Origin: Ruditapes philippinarum | Taxonomy: Eukaryota | Assembly (NCBI RefSeq): GCF_026571515.1 | Contig: NW_026864289.1 | Span: 124,001 to 188,000, forward strand | DNA: 64,000 nucleotides | Direction of reading: 5' to 3' | Shown here: piece by piece, positions 55,101 through 64,000 of the stretch | Layout of the letters: every line of letters starts with the position of its first letter | Numbering within the stretch: the stretch's first letter is position 1 | Program-made: the position numbers and the translations under genes | Notes under the pieces: generated by a model | Told to the model about the DNA's origin: nothing | Databases searched by the model: none | The model's input: only the letters and a program-made list of their open reading frames with translations

Positions 55101-58100
55101 TTCAAGTCAAGATGATGAAATGGACAAACTCTCTCATCATCAACAAATAAAATGCCTTCTGGATAAAAAGCAATCTTATGAAATTTTTATTTTACTCATG
55201 TTTATCAGAAAGCATTTATTATGTGTCTCAACAGGTCACGTAATTGTTTCTTTCTTGAACGGTCAATAAGCAAACAATGACAGATAATGATAAGGATGTA
55301 TATGTTTTTTACATAGCAAACTTAATTTTATCTTTGAAGGAAGCACATGGTTTGATCAGCATGTTTTACACCAGGATGACTCTATACAGACAGGCATATC
55401 AACATAAGACACACTCTGCTATCGGCATGATGTTCGTATACATGATTACATATGTTAAAACACTGAAAGACATTTCTATAGCATTACCTGCCTTTTTTAT
55501 GTTCTTTGGATATAAGGGTTATCTTTATACATGTTATTCCACATGTTGAACTGCTCATCTGTCATGGATAAATGATATTAGAAAATGATAAAACCATTTT
55601 TAGCGTAAGAATGAATTCTTGAAAAGTGTTACATTAGAAGTGTGTTTCAGTTAATGTGTTTAACATGATTTAATGTAACTTCTCAAATTCAAGTGAACTA
55701 CAAAATCTATAACATAAGATATTTACTGGTTTTTTGCTTTATACATTTAAGTCAAGGAAAGGTAAATGTCTACTTTAGCAATATATATCATTTTCATGTC
55801 TACCTTTTTTGAAGAATTGCTACACAAAGTTCATCTATTTGTTGTATTCATGTTAGTTTTTTTCCTTTTCTTCCCCTATAAAATATACGACAATTATCTT
55901 ATGATTGAAGATATAAAAACAAAACGATTTTGTTGCGCTAAATAAAAATGAATTATTTAAGACATCGGGGTAGAAATTAATAACATATAGATGTAATGAA
56001 AATGTTAATACTTCATGAATTTGTGGAAGGAAAATAACCACAAAATATTCAATCAATGCATAATAGTGTCCCTATTTATACAGCTATGGTGTAAACATCG
56101 TTATGTTAAGCGAGATTTGCGAAGTCAGTGTTATAAATTAGTAATATAAGTCAAAATTACATTTAATTTTCAGGATTATATAATGCAAAATTGCATTTAA
56201 TTTTTAGGATTTATGACGCCCTTAAGGATGCAAATGACAAAATTGAAATTGCTGGAAAGAGGTAAAATATAAAGTTTAAGGATATATTTAATGAAAGATT
56301 ACAAGATTCTACTGATTTTCAATTTTGACGGAATCACGAACAAATTTAGAATTCGAATATCTGTGATATACTTTGTTCCCAAAAGACTAGCAAAGACAGT
56401 TTAGTGATACAATATCAAGATATGGTACATTTTTGACAAATTTCATACGAACAAAAACATCGATATTTAGCTAACTAGTATAAATCTTCACTCTAATTTA
56501 GAACATAGTGAATGTAGCGAATTTGTAGCATTTCAGATGCAGTTGACGACACGAAAGCGTTTACACTTTTGACAGATGACATGATCCTTACCATTTTAAA
56601 TCCTCTATTAAGTGTTACACCATTCAAAAAGCCTGGAAGCGGGGATCCTACTAAGGCTAAGAAAATACTCGACAACATTTACAAGAGGAATCTTTACAAG
56701 TTTGTTACAGAATTGCACATTCCGGTAAACAACGTAGTTATCAATATTTTTTATCCTAGTTTATTAATTAAAGAAATATAGTTTATTCTGAAAGCCTACT
56801 CTCTATTATGCATAAATAGATTTAAATTTGTATTTAAGAAAATTATCTGAAGAAAATAAAATGCATGATTTTATATATAATGCTTAATCATCATTAAAGT
56901 TGTGTCTAAAATAATCATCTTTGACAATGAACAATTGTCAATCTTATTCATTATTTATTTTAATTAAGACGTTAAGATGTATAATTTTTATTCATTATTT
57001 AGACAAAGAAGTATGATTTAAACAAGGTTAAGAAACGCATAGACAAGTTTCTACGACCAGATAATGACTCTGTTAAAGACCTGATAGAATATGATGTGAG
57101 TGAAACCTTCATTACTCAAAAATTTTTTATAAACAAAATCTTGTTTGGTCGACATCATCAAAGCGTACGTGACAATATGCCCATTTAAATTAAAATGGTG
57201 AATGACCACGTAAAACTTAAAATAACTTCATGTAATAACTTCATGTTTGGTCTTTATTGTCTTCAGTTATATATCTTAATTTATATAAATATCGTTCAGA
57301 ATGCAGTGGTAGCGTTTGATTTTTATAAAGAGTGGGAAAACCTTTTTCTTATTTTCTATCCTAAACATTTATCATTAAAATCTTGATCAGGATTATAAAA
57401 AACAATCTTTTAAAATAATAACTCAAAGTTATTTCTTCCGCTAAACTGGACAGCAAAAATATGAGCATAATGACACTATGGCTGTGCTTGGAAAAGAAAT
57501 CGCATTAACTGAATAGAGAGAAATAAAGAATCCCTAAAGACGCTCAAATCGACAAAATTGAAAATGTTGCAGGCTCGGTTTGATTGAGCCTGTTTATGGA
57601 CGGTAATGGAAAGTGCAAGTTACCGCCAACCTAGCACCTGCTTAAGCAGTATTCAACATTTAACACGTATTGGTATAATTTGGAAATTTGAAACATCCTC
57701 AGAAGCCTTTACTGAATAAAGTGATACATGAATATAATTTCATTAAAAAGGTACATCTTTTAGGCAGGCTTTCAGCCGTAAAATGTTTATATTCTTTGTT
57801 GCTTTGGTGATTTTATTCGTGTTAATTCATTATAAATGATTTAATAAGCTTTAAATTGACGAAAACCTTACTTGGCTCTGCAAGATATCTTTATAATGTC
57901 TTTTGTGCTTTTGAATAGCTGTAACAATTGCTCCCAATTTCATTTTAATAGTGTTAGATATTTCTTCCCCTACGGGAACATTTATTATCTAAAATTGAAT
58001 ACTGCTAAAGCGCTGATGTTTGAAGTTTTGAATGATGTTGCAATTGTTCATAGTAAACAACCGCAATCGGACCGAGTATGCAACATTCGTGTATTGTATG

Positions 58101-60138
58101 GCATTTTTTCATTGATTTCGGCAAATATTCAACAACAAAATTGTGCACTTTTGTGAATAATTGAAGGTTGTAAGATTAGACTACGGAATGAAAGAGCAGG
58201 ATCCTTTGGAAAAAATACAATTTTACACTAAGGATGAGCCGAATAAAGGAATACAGTTTGAGCGGAAACAAGTATGTACTCAATTCAATCATTCATATTC
58301 TTATGCTGCATCGACAGAAGAATGGACTTGTAGAATTCTTATTTTTTAAGAAACGAGGCAAATAATAAACTCAAGTACACAAAAATAACATTTCTTTCTG
58401 AGTGATTACTTATAAATGACTCATTATAAGTGTAAATAACTGACTGATTTTGATAAAAAAATATATTAATTTCAATTTGAATGTCCAAGTAGTTTTCTAA
58501 CAATAAACATATAGAGAAATTTATAACCTTATCCTGCTGGTGATGACGCAACCAGTGCAGACCAAGATTAGCTGACATACACGTGCTGTCTGATCATTGT
58601 CTGCACTGGTCGCCATTCAGTCAGTCTTATTTTTAAATTTTGCCTAAAATTGATGAACAGATAGAAAGATGGACAAGTCCATTTTAAGTGTTAAGCGTGT
58701 TGAAGGTTAAACGATGTTGGTATAAAATTGTTTGACGCCGCTTTCGTTCGTCTATTCAGCAATGAGGGAGATTTTAGTCTTGCTCTTGTGCATTTTTTTA
58801 ACAAAATCACAATGTTTTCGAAATTTATTTTTTTAATAAAAATAGCTTTTACAACATGTCACCCACCGAGCTTTAAGGAATTTAAATAAACGTTTAACTG
58901 AAGTGATAGTGCCATGTTTGAATATCATATTCTTTTTTTATTATCTAATTTTATTTACCTATTGAATACCGTGTCAATGAGTTATTCTATATTCTAATAA
59001 CGGGAACAAAATTTGGACAGGGACTGAAATATGCAACGGAGATTTTTTGGCGCTACGGTTGCAAGGGAAATACTTTTTGCAAAACAGGCAAAATGTTTGC
59101 TTATTCATGAAAAAGAATTAACATTTAATTTTTAAACAGATTAACTGAGTGACAAAATAAGTTTGTTTTAAAATGTATCACACATATTTGCAAAAGGTTA
59201 TTTGGAAGGATTCTGTGACGAATGTTCTCTTTTGCCTAGATTTTTTATTACATTTAACGGTTCTAAATTTAAAGCAAATATGCAATCTTGTGTTTACTCA
59301 AGTAGTTTAATCTTTTATAAATAAGTAAACAATACGTAACAAAGAATTGATTATATTTTACAATTTATTCTTAATTATTATTTAATGTTACAGACATAAA
59401 AAATAGTCAATCATTGGGTAAGATAGAGGACAATGGAAATCCCAACCTTCTGGCAATCGGTTCCATGGAGAACTCGCCAAGGCTCGTTCCCGATTGAACA
59501 GATCACCCTCGGGTTGGGATTCCCTTGTCCTTTATCTAACCCAATGATAGATTCTATTAATCTCTATCTATGTCTTGAATTTATTTTAAGTTTACAAATC
59601 ATTTAATTTTTACTTCTTATTCAATTTATTTTGCTTCCACCAGACCTTTCAATCTTTGTCGCAACAGACGAACATTACAGAATTTCAGACATGACATTAC
59701 TTTGTGAATTTATGCAATAGGTTCTACTTTTTCACAAAAATATGCAACTTAATTATTAAACAACAAGCACATACCATGAATATGAAGAAAATTGATTAGT
59801 GCTTCGGATAATCAATTGTTATAATGAACAATAGTCAGGGCTGATTTTGCACATTACCAATTACTGGCATCTTTGATATGCAGCATCAACATTTAACTTG
59901 TTTTCCCTTGTCATATGTCCACTTTTAATGCGAACTGTATAATATTTCGTTATCACATGCAATGCTGTTTATTTTATATATTTAGGTATCTTACCTCTTA
60001 CCCAAGACATTCGAGGAAGTTATCGTCCGTTTCTACTGTAAACCAAGGACGGAAGAAAATCAGATAGATGAACCGGCTCAAAGCGATAAAACAAAAATCC
60101 GGAAAGCAGTTATAAAATATCAAAATAAGTATTTATGA
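49132..60138 (+). CDS. SAMHD1: SAMHD1-like HD-domain dNTP triphosphohydrolase paralog B (no SAM domain), ~506 aa, 13 coding exons
   Basis: Exons 49132-49221, 50215-50375, 51074-51189, 51563-51627, 53641-53817, 54147-54194, 54640-54810, 55340-55431, 56208-56261, 56529-56724, 57003-57095, 58167-58271 and 59986-60138. All introns are GT-AG; 1521 nt, open. Intron positions match paralog A (identical 161, 116, 65, 48, 92, 54 and 105 nt exons). Motifs [82 protein letters not shown] and [11 protein letters not shown]. Confidence 0.93.
52297..52610 (+). mobile_element. tRNA-derived SINE, near full length
   Basis: Head gggcctccggggccgagtggttaaggtcgctgact...ggttcgatc (A and B boxes); body ccatccagctggcttacggaaggtcggtggttctacccgggtgcccgctcgtg..tgaaataatgcccggaggggc; at least four other copies in the window. 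Confidence 0.85.
58524..58710. mobile_element. Short MITE-like element
   Basis: taaccttatcctgct ... agcgtgttgaaggtta termini with an internal inverted pair accagtgcagac / gtctgcactggt. Confidence 0.5.
59402..59558. mobile_element. Palindromic MITE-like element
   Basis: atcattgggtaagatagaggacaatggaaatcccaacc ... ggttgggattcccttgtcctttatctaacccaatgat; centre gaacTCgccAAggcTCgttc. Confidence 0.75.
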
Positions 60139-60166
60139 AGGAGACGTAACACTATATAATAAGAGA

Positions 60167-60303
60167 TTAATACACGACAGAGTAGGACCGGAATGTGATA
60201 ATCGGCCCGCTAAGTTAATAATGGCCCCGAGGACTTCAGCCCAAGGACATTATTCATTACAGGGCCGATTATCCCTTTTTGGCTCGTCTTTGACGTGTAT
60301 TAG
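60167..60303. mobile_element. Degenerate palindromic MITE-like element just after the SAMHD1-B stop
   Basis: taatacacg..gataatcggccc..aataatg ... cattatt..gggccgattatc..cgtgtatta. Confidence 0.65.
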
Positions 60304-61974
60304 TGTCTTTTATACACTTGATAGGTCTAATAGTAGAGCATTTTTTTAATTAGATCTACTTTGATATAAACATATTTGTTTCGTAGAAATTCCTGTCTTA
60401 AGCAGATTTCTTCTGTACAGTTGCTTCCCTTGTGTGTATACAAAGTAGAATAGAATCAAGAAGCAAGTTTTATTTTCATTTTCTCAGTATGTATTTGTCG
60501 TATTTGATTTTTTTTTATTTAAATAAGACTTTGTTAGTGCAAAATACGCTTCAGTTCTTACATAAAATCTAGCTATTCGTGCTAAAAACCTACTTTCACT
60601 TTTACAGCTAGATGTTTTTAATGACGTAAAATATGACGTCATAGTTTCAGTTTGTGCACGTACTTATGTTCAGTGGGCCGATTAAATTTCAATTTTAAAA
60701 TGAATGTACTCACATGTATGTATGATTGTATGACCATTTTATTAAAATTCTGTTTATATCTTTATATCAGACTAATATCTTTATCTCTAATAAGATTTAT
60801 CGTTTTGTTGATGAAAATGTTCATTTTTAAATTCAATAATTTAGAAAAACTAGATCTAAACATAATGTCAACACATCAAAATTGATTTTTGCTTTTTAAA
60901 ATTTTGTTTGTGTAATATTAATTTACGTAATAATAAAAGTTTTACATATCAAGTGTTCTCTTGTAATGAGTTTAAACTTTATAACACATAGATCTATACT
61001 AAGATAACTTGTGTGTACAATATGTGTACTGTACTGTACAGCTTAATTTATTGACCTCTAAGTAACTGCTATGTAGAGCTATTCTGATATAATGTTTAGT
61101 GTTTAAGCATTACCCCATCAAATGTATATCAATCTCGTCTGATACAAATGTCATCAAAACACTGAAATTGTACAGTAAACAGGAATATTATTGACTGAAA
61201 GCACACACTTATAAAAGCAATCGTATGAAAATAAAAGTTTTGTGTGAATCAGATATGAGAAGGATAAACGTGAAACTTAATTTGACTCTGATACAAGTGA
61301 CAAGTTTAAAAGAAAATGGCATTAGAAAGAAAGAAGTCGCATAAATTGTTGTACAGGTCTGTGTCTGATGATTTGGTGTTTTGCGGCAGTGTATTCCAAG
61401 ATTGCATACTAGAAAGAATGATAGAATGATGTATCGTTCATTTTGTCGTGTTGGGAGTATAGAGTGAAGGGAAGGGTGACAAAAACGATTACTTATTTTA
61501 TCAATAAAGACTAGTTTGGGATTGCAACGTCATGTTGACATAGGTTCGATTCCTAGGTCATCATAGAGCTTTTCAAGAGAAACAAGTGTTGTGTTATTCC
61601 ATTAGTTCAACAGGTGACTCGCCTGGCTCGTTTTTTCATCGTAGCCTATCCAATTCCTGCTTGTCACCAACTGAACAATTATCAAAAAGTATATCGGCAT
61701 ATTCTTACAATGGGCGTGTAAATGTCCATTCTAACACGACCCGCATTTTCCCTATTGAGCAAAGAAACAACCGAAAGTGTGTGTTACTTGCTATGCAATA
61801 AAATCACTGTTTGATGTTCTATATATATGTAGACATGTGACATAATCATTATACACTTGACGTAACCACTAAAAATGTGACGCGCTCAAAAAAAATACGG
61901 AAACAAATCAGGCCCAATTAAGCTTAATATCAAGTACGGCAGCAATTATTTGATGATGTCGTGTTTGAATCGAA

Positions 61975-62143
61975 ACAATATATCCAAATCTGTGATTTTA
62001 TCGCTTTCAAACATCACTATTTGTCGTTCGGATGCTCATCATTATATCACTCAGGCTACGCCCTCGTGATATAATTCCTCCCTTCCGAACTCCAAACAGT
62101 GATGTTATTGAGCGATAAAATCACTGTTTGGGATATTTTATTT
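61975..62143. mobile_element. Palindromic MITE-like element
   Basis: tatccaaatctgtgattttatcgct...ttcgga...attatatcacTCaggcTACgcccTCgtgatataat...tccgaa...agcgataaaatcactgtttgggata. Confidence 0.75.
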
Positions 62144-62259
62144 CTTAAATATAATGTTTCTATTGAATCACTGTCGAGAATGAATGTTAGGTTTCGTAGT
62201 ATGATGATCCTTGTCCAAGCTTTGTTTTTATGATGGTTATGATGATGAGATGGTTTTTT

Positions 62260-62435
62260 TTTTTGTTTTGTTTGTTTGTTTGTTTGGGTTTACGTCACAC
62301 CGACACAGTATAGGTCATATGGCGACGTTCCAGTTTTACTGGTGGAGGAAGACCTCAGATGATTTTTCGTGCATTATTCAGGCACGATTGGGCACTTGAG
62401 TAGAACCACTAACGTTCCGTAAGCTAGCTGAAGAT
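62260..62435 (-). mobile_element. 5'-truncated tRNA-SINE copy with (AAAC)n tail
   Basis: Reverse complement reads cagctagcttacggaacgttagtggttctactcaagtgccc...cttcctccacca...gtcgccatatgacctatactgtgtcggtgtgacgtaaacccaaacaaacaaac. Confidence 0.8.
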
Positions 62436-62479
62436 GGTTTGAGCATGATAAGTCGACTGATATAACTACACCTAAGGGT

Positions 62480-62870
62480 TTGTAAGAAAAAAATTCTTAG
62501 ATGACCAGGTTTTGCATAAGTAAAAGGAAATGTTTTGTCTTGATTATTTTATGGGAAATCCCCAAACAAGTTGTTTTTGAGAGATGGAACAAAACTAGCC
62601 ATTTTCCAAATCATTTACATATCTTTTATAAATCAAGGTTTATAATGTTGCTTGCAATATCAGGTGTTAACCTTCGACTATTGGAGTCGATGTCAATTAC
62701 GATGTCGTTGATATTGATAAGATAATGTTGAGGTCCGAGAATAGAACCTTGAGCAACACCAGACTTAATGTTAAGAACAGAAGATGACGAGCCGCGGACA
62801 GTGATTCTTTAGTGCCTGTTATAAATTAAAAGCGTTGAAACCATGGCAATCAGACACCAGCTGATGACAA
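62480..62870 (-). mobile_element. Degraded CR1-like reverse-transcriptase fragment
   Basis: Minus frame VRGSSSSVLNIKSGVAQGSILGPQHYLININDIV...NLDL*KICK*FGKWLVLFHLSKTT. Confidence 0.7.
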
Positions 62871-64000
62871 TAAAGAAATAACTCTCCCCACTCCCATCCC
62901 TCAACCTATCAAAAGTGTTGTTGATAATCACAAAATACTATTGTATTTTTTTCCGTTATTTACTTTGCAAGATAAATTTTAAAATGTGAAAAGTTGTATC
63001 TCCTTGTCGATAACTGGACTGAAATTATGTTTTGAAAATTGTTGTTTATAAGATGATAATACTGGTATTCATGTTTGTAAAAGAGAATAGAGAAGTGAAA
63101 TTTGTCTACAGTTACTTATAATATTTGTCTACACTATATACCTTTAATTTGGACAAAACCATTCACCGTTTTTACGGGAAATGTTCAGACTATATACTGC
63201 ATGAAAAAAAAATATTACAAATATTGCAGACCACGATCAGAAGGCACATGTGTGTTACTTTATATCAGCATTTAGCTTTTATAACAGTGCACCTATATGA
63301 CTGTCTTGACTGACAAACGCTGGGCACACTTCAGCCCAAATACCCCTTTTTTTAAACCCCTTTTGTTAAAAACCCAACCCCCCCCGGGGCCCGGAAAAAA
63401 GGGGGAAAACGGACCCCATAAAACTAAACCGGAATCCGGGTTTTTTTCCAAGACTTGAAATAAAAATTGCCCCTTCGCATTCAGGTTTAAAATCCCCTTT
63501 CACCCCCAAACGGTTTTGTCCACGGAAGCGAAAGTGCGGGAAATTTTTTTCTATCAATAAAAAACATGATAAATATCCGTAATGTAAAATGCTACAAACT
63601 TATTTCCTATTATGCATCTATAAATAAAAAAAATATTCAGAGTACATTTAGAACAGCTCTTACATAGCATGACAGTTAACTTGGTCACGTGACTGATTTT
63701 CATAAATTGTAAATGTTAGTGCGTAAAATATCTTTCTTTTTTTAAAAAATAAGACAATCCGTACATACGAGTATAAACCTAATTAACCAGACAAAAATTA
63801 TTTTAGAATTTATCTCACTTATATGCGACGAATTCCTCAGCATAATATTTTGTTTCGGAAAATTTTATTCTGTTTGCTAACAATATACGGGTGGCGACAA
63901 CTCTTTCTATCAATATGTGATTACAGAACCATTTCCTCATGTTTTTTTATTTTATAAAGTATTTTATCACATATAGCTTATTACTCGTTAAGAACCATTT

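Noticed and set aside
63340-63565. Homopolymer-rich GC patch and ORF 63366-63557
   Set aside because: Runs of identical bases suggest low-quality long-read consensus rather than biology; parts of 51700-53400 look similarly suspect.

Overview
This is AT-rich eukaryotic DNA with spliceosomal introns, probably from a bivalve mollusc (inferred from the SINE, tandem-repeat and MITE content). The ORF track misses most real genes, so exons were assembled by hand from GT-AG junctions. Four host genes were found: (1) the 5' part of a BCL11-like zinc-finger gene (minus, runs off the left edge); (2) a 2-exon SLC52 riboflavin transporter (plus); (3-4) two complete, open-frame SAMHD1-like HD-domain dNTPase paralogs arranged head-to-head. 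Paralog A is on the minus strand (14 coding exons, about 570 aa, 15564-30253) and paralog B on the plus strand (13 coding exons, about 506 aa, 49132-60138). Both lack a SAM domain and keep the metal-binding and most allosteric residues, but they have different substitutions at catalytic and substrate-pocket positions. The canonical HDLGHGPFSH motif reads [10 protein letters not shown] in A and HDLGQGPFSH in B. This pair is the main candidate for an undescribed system (pseudo-enzyme plus altered enzyme, possibly a hetero-tetramer). The window also holds an intact DD34E Tc1 transposon, LINE and mariner relics, tRNA-SINEs, MITEs, and several unrelated palindromes whose centres share a strand-specific tandem G.A hairpin design. 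Human SAMHD1 residue numbers are given from memory and by eye alignment and should be confirmed.
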